The notes beneath the pieces were generated by a model, which was not told the origin of the DNA, did no database searches, and saw only the letters and a program-made list of their open reading frames with translations. Positions 49,746-59,663 of a DNA stretch of 61,388 bases are shown piece by piece. The stretch comes from an uncultured Chitinophagaceae bacterium (GTDB lineage: Bacteria > Bacteroidota > Ignavibacteria > UBA10030 > UBA8401): assembly GCA_964361075.1 (NCBI GenBank), contig CAYHZL010000002.1, positions 1 to 61,388 of the forward strand, given 5' to 3'. A program made the translations under genes and the position numbers. How positions within the stretch are numbered: position 1 is the first letter of the stretch; every line of letters starts with the position of its first letter.

Positions 49746-50147
49746 CTATGTTTTTTTTCGCTTGGTTTGTTTCATACTTTTCTGGTGGTCTGGTATTGCT
49801 TTATTGAGAAGCACATAAATTGATGTCTTGTCATAATTTTCTATTGTACCCAAACGACCGAACCAAACCAGATCAATACAAAATTTATAAATTTCTGTAT
49901 CTTGCCACTGTCTTATTTTCGTCTCCAATATGGGTTGGTTAAAAAAATTTGCCTTTTTGAGTGATAGTTTTTTACGTCCATTGCTGAATGGGTTCAAAGA
50001 CTCTATAAGAAATTGAATTATTACTCCTTCTAATTTCTCTTGTCGTAAATCTCTAATTTCGATTAGTAACGCAAACAGATGTTCATCTTTTATTCTGTCT
50101 ACATTTTTATCAATATAATGATAGTTATGTGTTGGATAGGTGTTCAT
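49746..50147 (-). CDS. Hypothetical protein, first gene of the RM-DUF3800 operon
   Basis: 133-aa ORF ending 3 nt before the RM start. Confidence 0.6.
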   Translation of the reverse strand: MNTYPTHNYHYIDKNVDRIKDEHLFALLIEIRDLRQEKLEGVIIQFLIESLNPFSNGRKKLSLKKANFFNQPILETKIRQWQDTEIYKFCIDLVWFGRLGTIENYDKTSIYVLLNKAIPDHQKSMKQTKRKKT

Positions 50148-50269
50148 TTTTAGTTGTCTTTATAATAAATCCACAGTTTGCTACTTCTTTTTCGTTCTCT
50201 GCAGATTACGCTCAACTGCGTAAAATGTAACTCTTTTAAATCTTGTTCCCAAAATCTTTTTGAGAACAA

Positions 50270-50447
50270 GGAGAAACGTAACGCAAAACGTAAGACACCC
50301 CCGCCAAAGGACGCGGGACGCAAAGAACGCGCATAAACGTGTCAGACGTTAATGCACGATGTCTGACGACGCTCTCCAGTCGTCTGACATCTTTCTGTGT
50401 AACACCAATACCTAAAACGTCAGACACACAAAACGTGTCAGGCGTTT
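50270..50447. repeat. ACG-rich cluster with several GTCAGAC/GTCTGAC half-palindromes
   Basis: Motif at about 50341, 50360, 50381, 50419, 50437; related GTCAGACATC at 13411 and 29760. Confidence 0.55.
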
Positions 50448-50496
50448 TTGTTGAAATTTTCATTCTCGCATAGTACCTTTCATAAAAAAATTTCCC

Positions 50497-51087
50497 ATGC
50501 CTACTATTGTATTCTTCACATCATCAATTGAATTGCGTGCATGGTTCAAGAAGAATCATGCTACTGCGCAAGAATTGTGGATTGGTTTTTATAAAAAAAA
50601 ATTAATGAGAAAAGGAATAACTTATCCGGAAGCGTTGGACGAAGCACTTTGCTTTGGGTGGATTGATGGCATTCGTAAAAGTGTAGATGATATCAGCTAC
50701 ACAAACCGGTTTACTCCCAGAAAACAAAAAAGCAATTGGAGCGAGGTCAACATTAAACGTGTTGGTGAATTAATAAAACTTAGACGCATGAAGACTTCAG
50801 GTCTCGAAGCATTTGCCAAACGTGACGAAAATAAATCGCAGCAATATTCTTACGAACAGCGGCATCGTCCGCTCGATACAGAGTATGAAAAAAAATTGAA
50901 GGCGAACAAAACAGCGTGGGAATTTTTCCGTTTGCAAACTCCTTCATATCAGAAAACTTCCAGCTTCTGGGTAATGAGTGCGAAGCAAGAAGAAACACGT
51001 TTGAAACGTCTTACAGCATTAATTAAGGATTCAGAAAATGGGCAAAAGATTGCATTATTGCGACACACAAATAAAGGGCATCTCTAA
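50497..51087 (+). CDS. YdeI/OmpD-associated family protein
   Basis: ALDEALCFGWIDG, RFTPRK..SNWS..N, WVMSAKQEETR.KR. Confidence 0.92.
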   Translation: MPTIVFFTSSIELRAWFKKNHATAQELWIGFYKKKLMRKGITYPEALDEALCFGWIDGIRKSVDDISYTNRFTPRKQKSNWSEVNIKRVGELIKLRRMKTSGLEAFAKRDENKSQQYSYEQRHRPLDTEYEKKLKANKTAWEFFRLQTPSYQKTSSFWVMSAKQEETRLKRLTALIKDSENGQKIALLRHTNKGHL

Positions 51088-51230
51088 AAACTAATTTAAT
51101 AGAACACGTGAGCGAAGCCATCCCTTCGGGAGATAACACTGATGGGACTTATTTTCACTGATAAAATCCGTATTAATCCGTGTCATCAGTGTTCTATTTT
51201 TATTCATTCGTGAGTTTTTAGAGATGCCCT
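51075..51230. mobile_element. MITE-like element with perfect 18-bp inverted repeat AGGGCATCTCTAAAAACT; supplies the YdeI stop codon
   Basis: Ends at 51075-51092 and 51213-51230. Confidence 0.8.
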
Positions 51231-51398
51231 AAAGAAAAACAATGATGAGGATGTAAAGCTTCTTGTTCACTTTACTGTATTCCCTTCTCTCTCCTGAAAT
51301 TCACCAACTTTTTTTTTACATTGTAGAAGAATATAATTCACGCTCTAAAGGAGTCCCTTTGGGACCTTCGGGAAAGTGATGTGCTGTATTGTTCACCT

Positions 51399-54032
51399 AT
51401 GCAAATTATCAAAGACCGATTCAAAGCTGAATCAGAACTTATCTTTCGTTTTCATCGCTGCGGCGCAGATGGATTTACCGTTGCTGCAGAACTGACTGAC
51501 CTTGTTGATCGCGCGCTGACCGAATTGTGGACTGACATTCCGAATGAAGAAAAAAACAGTTTTGCCGTTATCGCGCTTGGCGGATACGGCAGGTACGAAA
51601 TATGTCCGCATTCCGATTTTGATTTGATGCTCGTGTTCGAAGAAGAAACAACCAAAGCGCGCGGCGCTGAATCGGCGCAGAAATATTTACACGCGCTGTG
51701 GAATGTTGGTTTCAACATCGGACATAGTGTGCGCACAATACAAGACTGCGTCAATTTGTACCAGACTGATGTGGATGTGTGGGCGTCGGTATTGGAAAGC
51801 CGATACGTCTGCGGCAACGAGCGCGCTTTGAATCTGTACAGAGAGGCACTGCTTGCAGCGATTCAAAAAAAACGCGATTTAAAATTTGTTACATCGGTGC
51901 TTGCAGGAATACAAGAACGCCACGCGAAGTACGGTAATTCGGTGAAGCTGCTCGAGCCGAACATAAAAAATTCTGCCGGTACATTGCGCGATGTGCATTC
52001 GTTGTTGTGGATTTTCCGCGCCACCGATATTGAATATTTTTCTTCAACGCCGTTTCATTGTAACGAATCGTCGTGCAGGGTAATGTTTGAATTACTCGAA
52101 CAGCATGGACTTACTACGCGCGATGAACACAACGCCATCATCGCGGCGCTCAATTTTCTTTTGCGCGTCCGCCATGAAATGCATTTTCTTAAAGACGATG
52201 TGCACGACACGCTGGAGTTTGCATTGCAACGCGATATTGCTGCGGGACTTGGATATAGTAACGTGGAATTATTTATGCGCGATTACTATCTCCACGCGCG
52301 CGCCGTGTACAGAATCAACCAGCGCATTGTGCACCATTTTCGTGAAACGCCCGCCGTTCCTTTTTGGAAACGGACAAGTGAGCAAGTGTTGGATGAAATC
52401 TATATCCTTCGCAGCGGCGAAGTAACATTGCGGAACACGTCATTCGCATTTACATTTCCTGAAGAAATTGTTCGCGGATTTTATTGGTGCGGAATGTTTT
52501 CGACAACACCATCGCAGTCGCTGCTTGCACACATTACTGCACTGACACATTCGCCGGAGTTTTTCAATCCGGCTGCCATTGCGCGGAAACAAATGTCCGA
52601 CGCATTTCTTTCGATTCTCACAATGAAAGAAAATATTGCAGCAACGCTTTCGCAGATGAATGATTGCGATGTGCTCGGAAAATGTATTCCTGAATGGGGA
52701 AATCTTGTTGCATATTTTCAGCACAGCATGTACCATTACTACACGGTGGACGCGCATACATTAATTGCGATGAAGCGCGCAGAAAAATTATTAAAAAGTA
52801 ATAGCGTGTTGGGCGATGTGTACCACCGACTTGAACGGCGCGAGTTGCTGCATCTCGCAATTCTTTTTCACGATATAGAAAAACCGAACGGCAATACCGA
52901 GCATGATGTACGCGGTGCGAACACGGCACGTGCAATTTTGCAACGGCTCAATATTTCTGATCCGCACGATGATGTCGGTTTTCTCATCCACAACCATTTG
53001 GTGATGGAACAAATTGCGTTTCGTCGTAACACCAGCGATCCGAAAACAATTGCAGAGTTTGCAACATTGTTTCGTCGTCCGGAACAATTGAAGATGCTAT
53101 TCATCCTCACCTACTGCGATCTTTCTGCGGTGAATAAAAATGTGTGGTCGAATTGGAAAGAAATTATGCTGCAGGAATTGTACAGTCGCACGCTTGCTGT
53201 GGTAGAAAAAAATCTTTCGTCATCTGAAGCGGCAGAGTATCACGAATCAGAATATCGCGCGCTTGTCGAATCGGTTGTCGCCGAACTTGCACAGCAACTG
53301 CCGATTGATGAAGTTCGTTCGCATATTTCGTCCATCGAAAACCATGCATACATACATACATTTTCTGCTGCAGAAATCGCAGAGCATCTGCGTGTCATCA
53401 GCACAGTACGTACCGTTGCCGTTGTTGTGAACAACGAAGCAACACACAGCGCCATCACCATGTTCGCGCACGATGCGCCGTTTCTTCTCTCAACATTATG
53501 CGGTGTGCTGACTGCGAACGATGCAAATATTTTTGATGCACATATCTTTACGCGCGATGATGGTATTGTTATCGATCAATTCCGCGTTACAGACACCACA
53601 ACGAAAAGTTTTTTAAGTGAAGCACAGTTCGAAAAAATTCAGGCGGATGTTGACGCGGTGTTGCAAAAGAAAGAAACGCTCGAGCATTTATTCGAACGCC
53701 ATCACCGCAAATGGAGACGCAAACCAAAACCGCTGATGCATCCGAACATTCGTATTGATGCCGTGTTCCATGAAACGGAAAAATATACGATCATTGATGT
53801 CTTCGCGCCGGATACAAGCGGCTTTCTCTATAAAATTACACAGGCACTTTCAAAACTTCATTTGCAAATTCATTTTGCAAAAATCGGTACACGCGGCGAC
53901 GGCATTGTCGATACGTTTTATGTGCTGGATGAATTCGAACAAAAAATTACCGATACTGAACGCAAGCAGCATATCCGCGAGCGGGTGTTGCACACGATTG
54001 ATCAATTGATTAACGTGCAATTGACAAGTTAA
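51399..54032 (+). CDS. glnD: [Protein-PII] uridylyltransferase / uridylyl-removing enzyme
   Basis: ALGGYGR.E..PHSDFDL, LEPNIK...G.LRD, YHYYTVDAHT, FHDI, two ACT domains. Confidence 0.95.
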   Translation: MQIIKDRFKAESELIFRFHRCGADGFTVAAELTDLVDRALTELWTDIPNEEKNSFAVIALGGYGRYEICPHSDFDLMLVFEEETTKARGAESAQKYLHALWNVGFNIGHSVRTIQDCVNLYQTDVDVWASVLESRYVCGNERALNLYREALLAAIQKKRDLKFVTSVLAGIQERHAKYGNSVKLLEPNIKNSAGTLRDVHSLLWIFRATDIEYFSSTPFHCNESSCRVMFELLEQHGLTTRDEHNAIIAALNFLLRVRHEMHFLKDDVHDTLEFALQRDIAAGLGYSNVELFMRDYYLHARAVYRINQRIVHHFRETPAVPFWKRTSEQVLDEIYILRSGEVTLRNTSFAFTFPEEIVRGFYWCGMFSTTPSQSLLAHITALTHSPEFFNPAAIARKQMSDAFLSILTMKENIAATLSQMNDCDVLGKCIPEWGNLVAYFQHSMYHYYTVDAHTLIAMKRAEKLLKSNSVLGDVYHRLERRELLHLAILFHDIEKPNGNTEHDVRGANTARAILQRLNISDPHDDVGFLIHNHLVMEQIAFRRNTSDPKTIAEFATLFRRPEQLKMLFILTYCDLSAVNKNVWSNWKEIMLQELYSRTLAVVEKNLSSSEAAEYHESEYRALVESVVAELAQQLPIDEVRSHISSIENHAYIHTFSAAEIAEHLRVISTVRTVAVVVNNEATHSAITMFAHDAPFLLSTLCGVLTANDANIFDAHIFTRDDGIVIDQFRVTDTTTKSFLSEAQFEKIQADVDAVLQKKETLEHLFERHHRKWRRKPKPLMHPNIRIDAVFHETEKYTIIDVFAPDTSGFLYKITQALSKLHLQIHFAKIGTRGDGIVDTFYVLDEFEQKITDTERKQHIRERVLHTIDQLINVQLTS

Positions 54033-54044
54033 CCGAAGAACATT

Positions 54045-54848
54045 ATGAATAAGAAAAAACCTATCGGCGTTTTCGATTCAGGCATTGGCGGATTAACAGT
54101 GGTGCGCGCACTGCTGGATCTGCTGCCGAATGAAAATATTATTTACTTCGGCGACACGGCACGTGTCCCGTACGGACCAAAATCTGCACAAGTGGTGCGC
54201 GAGTATACGCAAGGCGATACCGATTTTTTGATTTCAAAAGATGTAAAGATGATTGTTGTCGCGTGCAATACTGTTTCCGCTGTGGCGTTGGATGTTGTGC
54301 AGAAACGTGCGAACATGCCTGTGTGCGGCGTTATTGTGCCGGGCGCAAATGCAGCATCCTCTGCAACAAAAAATAAACGCATCGGAGTGATTGGTACTGT
54401 GGGAACAATTTCCAGCAATGCATACACCAACGCCATCACACAATTCGATGCATCGGTGCGGGTATTTGGTAAAGCGTGTCCGTTGTTCGTTCCGCTTGTT
54501 GAAGAAGGATGGATTGATAACAAAGCAACTGAATTGATTGCAAAGGAATATCTCTTTCCGCTTTCGACAGAAAAAATTGATACGCTTGTGCTCGGGGGTA
54601 CACATTATCCGTTATTGAAAAAAATTATCAACAACGTGTTACGTGGAAGCGTAACATTGATTGATTCTGCCGAAGCAACAGCAGTTGAAGTGAAAAAAAT
54701 TTTGGAAGAAAATAATATTCTCAATACTAGCACCGACCAGCCAAACGTGCAGTTCTTTGTGAGCGACGCACCGGATAAATTCACATTAATCGGCGAACGA
54801 TTTTTAGGAAGGCAGTTGGGTGTAGTAAAAAAAGTTTCTGTTGGATAA
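54045..54848 (+). CDS. murI: Glutamate racemase (second catalytic Cys reads as Gly)
   Basis: FDSGIGGLTV, DTARVPYG, ACNT, but LGGTHYP in place of LGCTHYP. Confidence 0.93.
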   Translation: MNKKKPIGVFDSGIGGLTVVRALLDLLPNENIIYFGDTARVPYGPKSAQVVREYTQGDTDFLISKDVKMIVVACNTVSAVALDVVQKRANMPVCGVIVPGANAASSATKNKRIGVIGTVGTISSNAYTNAITQFDASVRVFGKACPLFVPLVEEGWIDNKATELIAKEYLFPLSTEKIDTLVLGGTHYPLLKKIINNVLRGSVTLIDSAEATAVEVKKILEENNILNTSTDQPNVQFFVSDAPDKFTLIGERFLGRQLGVVKKVSVG

Positions 54849-54917
54849 CGGACTTTGCGGCTTTGCGATAATTTTTTTGTTTTTCCGCCATTCAATTCTT
54901 ACACGCGATAACATGCT

Positions 54918-55670
54918 CTACTTCAACACAACCCAATTCTCCAGTGTTCCTGAAGAGATAAAATTTTCGCCGTTGCATTTCAGCGTATCGGCATCGCGTG
55001 TTTCTTTGGAAATGATACAATCGGTTCGTGATGTAATTCCCCGCGCACTGTAATGTTGAAAAACGGAATCGCTGATCACCTCAAAGTACGAAATCAGTTT
55101 CCATCTATTATTATCCGAAAAACCAACGGCAATGTCCGACATTGTTTGCGAGCTGAAGTGTGTGCCGAGCTGCTGACCTGCAAACACAGAATCTCCGGCA
55201 TTCAGCTGATGTTGTAATGCGATGTGAAAAATGATAACGATGTACTTTGGCTGTGCTGCCGATTGAATTTGTATTTGCGTGCCTGCCCACTCTTCTGTTG
55301 TGCGAACTATTTTTCCTGTTATGGGTGAAAATATTTTTACCGAAGACCAACTCACAGTACTGCGTGGAGAAAAATAATGTTTCATACTGCGGCACCGTTC
55401 AAAATCGTCCCAATAATCGTGGCCGATTGCTGAACGAAATTTTGAGATGCGCTCGATTTTATCGGCTTCGATATAATCAGTGGTAATGAATTTTGGAATA
55501 TCTAATGTTGCCTTTGTAGTGTCGTTTGCGTTTTGCTGTGGAGCAACGGCATCGTTGTGTTTATCGCAGCGTGCAAAAACAAAAGCCAGCATACCGAACA
55601 CTATCCATCGTCTGAACAATCTGCTGTCGTTGTTATTGCGAAACCAATTCAACAAGAGAAGTATTCTCAT
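54918..55670 (-). CDS. Hypothetical lipoprotein
   Basis: FARC lipobox-like; ISKFRS..GHDY...SMKHY; IFSP.TGKI; start uncertain. Confidence 0.65.
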   Translation of the reverse strand: MRILLLLNWFRNNNDSRLFRRWIVFGMLAFVFARCDKHNDAVAPQQNANDTTKATLDIPKFITTDYIEADKIERISKFRSAIGHDYWDDFERCRSMKHYFSPRSTVSWSSVKIFSPITGKIVRTTEEWAGTQIQIQSAAQPKYIVIIFHIALQHQLNAGDSVFAGQQLGTHFSSQTMSDIAVGFSDNNRWKLISYFEVISDSVFQHYSARGITSRTDCIISKETRDADTLKCNGENFISSGTLENWVVLK

Positions 55671-55748
55671 TTTTTTCTTTCAATTCTTTCTCTTCTTGTT
55701 CTTGGAATTTTTTTACTGAACGATGAACCCGATAGAAAGTAAAAACAT

Positions 55749-56240
55749 TTACTTCTTCGCTGCATACAAATGTCCGGTATTCACTTGCACACCCAATATT
55801 TTTAAATACATAAACAATTCAGCAAGATGCTTGCTGTGATGTTCCAGCCCTAACATTGCAATACGCCAGCGAGGCACTTTCCCCAACTGTGGAGTATCAA
55901 CTTCGCCAACAGAAAAATCTTCTTCTGTAAGCGAACTGAGCGTGTCAAAAAAATTTGCATAGCTTGTTTGATACAAAGCAAGCGCTTGTTCAACAGCAGC
56001 AGTCGGTGTTCTGCGGTTGGCAACAAATATTTCGCGCATCGAGGTGAATCCCCACTCGCCGCGAGCAATGCCTTTCGTGTACACATGCAACGCGCCGGCA
56101 ATGTGGTTGGTAAGTTGTCCAACGGTAAAAGATTTTTCAGTCGGCTTCCATTCGATTTTATCTGCAGGCACAAGCTGAAAGAGTGTTTCCGTCGGTTGCA
56201 TTACATCGCGGGCATAGTCGAGATATTGAGTAAGTGTCAT
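55749..56240 (-). CDS. DinB family protein
   Basis: WKP...TVGQL..HI...EHHSKH...LFMYLK.LG. Confidence 0.85.
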   Translation of the reverse strand: MTLTQYLDYARDVMQPTETLFQLVPADKIEWKPTEKSFTVGQLTNHIAGALHVYTKGIARGEWGFTSMREIFVANRRTPTAAVEQALALYQTSYANFFDTLSSLTEEDFSVGEVDTPQLGKVPRWRIAMLGLEHHSKHLAELFMYLKILGVQVNTGHLYAAKK

Positions 56241-56489
56241 TCATTTCCTTTCGGTAAGTGGTATGGACTATTCCCAAAATTAAGTTTTTTCACCGCAAAG
56301 TCGCTAAGGCGCAAAGAAAAAAATAGCGAGAGCAGAACCGGAACGGTAGAAGTATAACACTTTTGTAGAGAAAAAGCCAAGCGGGAACTCTTTTCATTCT
56401 CTGCTCGTCTAACATTGATTGTAAGCCCTATTTTGAGTAATTTTCATGTGTTCAATATAAAACCACGTTTCCATTTTTAAAGGAGTACT

Positions 56490-58583
56490 ATGCGTATGCA
56501 ATTCAAACAAGTTACCCGTTTCATTGTTCTTTCATCCTTTGTGCTTCTTGCCGGCTGCGGCGCACCGAAAGAAACTACAGTAGCAACTATCGGCACCGAT
56601 AAAATTTCGCAGCAAGAATTTGAAGCGATGTTTGCTAAAAATAACAGCGGAGTAGAATCCCAAAAAGCATCTGCCGAAGAAAAAGAGAAATTTTTGGATC
56701 TCTATATTAAGTTCAAATTAAAAGTGAAGGAAGCGTACGCGCACGGCTATATGAACGATCCGGAACTTCGTAATGAATTAAACGACTATCGAAAAAATCT
56801 CGCAGTATCGTACATGGTAGAAAAAGAAATTACCGGACCGGCATTGCAAGAAATGTACAAACGCCGTCAGGTAGAACTTCGCGCCAGCCACATTCTCATT
56901 TCTATTCCGGAAAACCCATCGCCGGCAGATACAGCTTTGGCATTTGCACGTGCAAAAGCAATTATAGATTCACTGCGCGCCGGAAGAAATTTTGATACAT
57001 TGGCGCTTAACAATTCGCAAGATCGTTCTGTGAAGGACAACAGAGGCGATTTGTATTATTTTTCTTCGGGCGCGATGGTGCCGGAATTTGAAGATGTTGC
57101 TTTCTCGCTTCAACCGGGACAGTTTACAACAACACCGGCAAGAACTCAGTTTGGTTATCACATTATTAAAGTGACAGACCGAAAACCAAATCGCGGTTCG
57201 CTGAACGTCAGCCACATTATGAAACGACTCTCATCCGATCCAAATCCCGCAGAACTTGCCGAGGCAATGGAAGTAATGCGTGGTGCATTAGATTCATTGA
57301 AAAAAGGAGTGGACTTTGGTGAACTTGCAAAAAAAATATCTGAGGATACCTACAGTGGACCACGCGGCGGCGACATTGGAGTGATTCAGCGCCGGCGAAC
57401 TGTAAAAGAGTTTGACGAGGCAGCATTTAAATTACAACCGGGCGAAGTATCGGGCATTGTGCACACACGATTTGGGTTGCACCTTATTAAATGCAACAGC
57501 GCGGTAGAATTGCCCGCATTTAAAAATATGGAACAGGAATTAAAATCAGAATATCAACGCACTCGCTTCCAATCCGATTACAACAAAATTGCCGGACAAG
57601 TAAAAACACAATACAACTTTCAACAATACGATGATGCTGCAACTGCATTGACCAAACAAGCGGACACATCAAAAACCACAAGCGATGCAAAATGGGACAG
57701 CACTATTACAAAAGCAACGCGCGCAAAAACATTATTCAGTATTGCCAATGAAAAAGTTTCCGTTGATTCATTTATCGTATTGGCAAAAGCAAATCCGGAA
57801 TTGCGTGATGTAGCGCTGAAAAGCGCCGGCACTATTCCAACAATGCTTGAAAAGATCGGCAAGAATCTTATCATGGAATACCATGCACGTACTATGGAAA
57901 CTAAATTCCCTGATTTCTCAAAGACAATGAAAGAATACGAGGAAGGCATTCTTCTTTTTAAGGCAGAGCAAGAACAAGTGTGGAACAAAGTTGCACCGAA
58001 TGATTCCGTGCTGCGAATCTATTACAATGCGAACAAGGAAAAATATACGTGGACTGATCGTGTGAATGTTCAGGAAATTTTTGTTGAAACCGACAGCACC
58101 GCGCAACTTGTAAAAAAATCATTGCTCGGTTATACAAAGACTGATACCGTTGTAACAAAATCTAAAAAAGGAAAAACAACAACACAAATTGTCTCCGTTG
58201 CTGTTGCACCAATTTCATTTGATTCTGCCGCCGTGCTGTTCAATAAACGGCAAGCAACACAAGAGAAACACGGCGCGAGCGAACTTGTACTTGTTTCCAC
58301 AAACGATGTAACAAACAAAGGTTGGACAATGAATCCGAAAGATTCGATGGAATATTTTCCGAACGAAGGGGGATTTTCATTTGTCAAATTGATAAAGAAA
58401 GATCCTGCACGTATTAAAACATTTGAAGAAGCAGGTTCGGAACTTTCCAGCGCGTACCAAGAAGCCGAGTCGAAAAGGTTAGGCGATGTATGGTACGAAA
58501 ACCTAAAGAAAAAATATCCTGTCGTCATCTTCAAAGAAAACATTGTTGCTGCGCCGCAAACACAAGAACGAAAGAGCAACTAA
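56490..58583 (+). CDS. Parvulin-type peptidyl-prolyl isomerase lipoprotein (multi-domain)
   Basis: LAGC lipobox; RASHIL, GDLYYF...MVPEFE, TQFGYHIIK, repeated. Confidence 0.9.
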   Translation: MRMQFKQVTRFIVLSSFVLLAGCGAPKETTVATIGTDKISQQEFEAMFAKNNSGVESQKASAEEKEKFLDLYIKFKLKVKEAYAHGYMNDPELRNELNDYRKNLAVSYMVEKEITGPALQEMYKRRQVELRASHILISIPENPSPADTALAFARAKAIIDSLRAGRNFDTLALNNSQDRSVKDNRGDLYYFSSGAMVPEFEDVAFSLQPGQFTTTPARTQFGYHIIKVTDRKPNRGSLNVSHIMKRLSSDPNPAELAEAMEVMRGALDSLKKGVDFGELAKKISEDTYSGPRGGDIGVIQRRRTVKEFDEAAFKLQPGEVSGIVHTRFGLHLIKCNSAVELPAFKNMEQELKSEYQRTRFQSDYNKIAGQVKTQYNFQQYDDAATALTKQADTSKTTSDAKWDSTITKATRAKTLFSIANEKVSVDSFIVLAKANPELRDVALKSAGTIPTMLEKIGKNLIMEYHARTMETKFPDFSKTMKEYEEGILLFKAEQEQVWNKVAPNDSVLRIYYNANKEKYTWTDRVNVQEIFVETDSTAQLVKKSLLGYTKTDTVVTKSKKGKTTTQIVSVAVAPISFDSAAVLFNKRQATQEKHGASELVLVSTNDVTNKGWTMNPKDSMEYFPNEGGFSFVKLIKKDPARIKTFEEAGSELSSAYQEAESKRLGDVWYENLKKKYPVVIFKENIVAAPQTQERKSN

Positions 58584-58616
58584 TGCCGAATCTAAAAATT
58601 AATCTTGTCTTTTCGC

Positions 58617-58692
58617 GACCACCTCTCAATCTCCCCCTTACAGGGGGAGAAGGCAATTTCCCTCACCTGTAAGGGGAGGGTTAGGGTGGGGT
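58617..58692. repeat. CCCCC/GGGGG REP-like doublet
   Basis: TCTCCCCCTTACAGGGGGAGA and TCCCTCACCTGTAAGGGGAGGG. Confidence 0.7.
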
Positions 58693-58745
58693 TATTAGTT
58701 TGGTAGAAAAAAATATTTTCGAAAATACAATACAACTTATTTGAA

Positions 58746-59663
58746 ATGGCACTAAGTATTCCATTGAATTATTTTTCTCACATATTTGCAAAGCGGGAAA
58801 ACGGATATGCGCTTTCCCGCTTTATCTTTCTAGGAAGCATTGCAATTTGTTGTCTCGTTGCTTCGTGCACGCAACAGCCTCAGCAAGCGCAAGAAATTGC
58901 CCGTGTCAACAATAGTGTGCTCACGAAGAAAATGATTACCGCGCAGAATGATTCCACACAAATTCTTTCAGCAACACAGCAGCGGTTATTTGCACAACGT
59001 TGGATTACCTCCGAATTGCTCTATCAGGAAGCGAAGCGAGTAGGTTTGGATCAATCCGAAGCAGTACAAAAAAATATTGCGGAAGCACAAAAACAACTTG
59101 TTATTGCCGCATTGTTGGAACGTGAAGTATTTGGAGAATCGCCGAGCACACTACCGACAGCGCTTGTGCAAACATATTTTTCCTCACATCGTGAAGAATT
59201 TATTTTGCCCGGCACTGTGATGTGGATTTCATCGGTTGTTTTTTCGGAACGCGATGCTGCGGCAGAATTTCGTTCGTCGGTGTTGGATGGTAAAAATTGG
59301 GATGTTGTGTTGGAATCGTACAAAGCCAATCCTGCGCTGAGTAACAATATCGTCAGTATTTCAGATTCTCTTTTCTATACTGAAACACAACTCTTTCCTG
59401 CTGAACTGTGGAAAGTTGCAACCGCGCTTGGTCTGTTCGAAGTTTCATTTCCGGTAAAAACCAGCGCAGGATATTTTGTGCTGCGTTCACTCGGGCATTT
59501 TAAAAAAGGAAAAACACCGCCAATGCGCTTTGTTGAAGCAACTATCCGCGAGCGATTAAGCATGGAACAACGCCAACAACGCTACGCGGAATTTGTAGAA
59601 CAACTGCGCAAAAAAAATGTCGTTCAATTATTTCTTTCAGAAAAGGATTCTCTTCAACAATGA
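58746..59663 (+). CDS. PpiC-type foldase-like lipoprotein
   Basis: VASC lipobox; IARVN, ELLYQEA, SFPVKT..GYFV; located between two PPIase genes. Confidence 0.75.
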   Translation: MALSIPLNYFSHIFAKRENGYALSRFIFLGSIAICCLVASCTQQPQQAQEIARVNNSVLTKKMITAQNDSTQILSATQQRLFAQRWITSELLYQEAKRVGLDQSEAVQKNIAEAQKQLVIAALLEREVFGESPSTLPTALVQTYFSSHREEFILPGTVMWISSVVFSERDAAAEFRSSVLDGKNWDVVLESYKANPALSNNIVSISDSLFYTETQLFPAELWKVATALGLFEVSFPVKTSAGYFVLRSLGHFKKGKTPPMRFVEATIRERLSMEQRQQRYAEFVEQLRKKNVVQLFLSEKDSLQQ

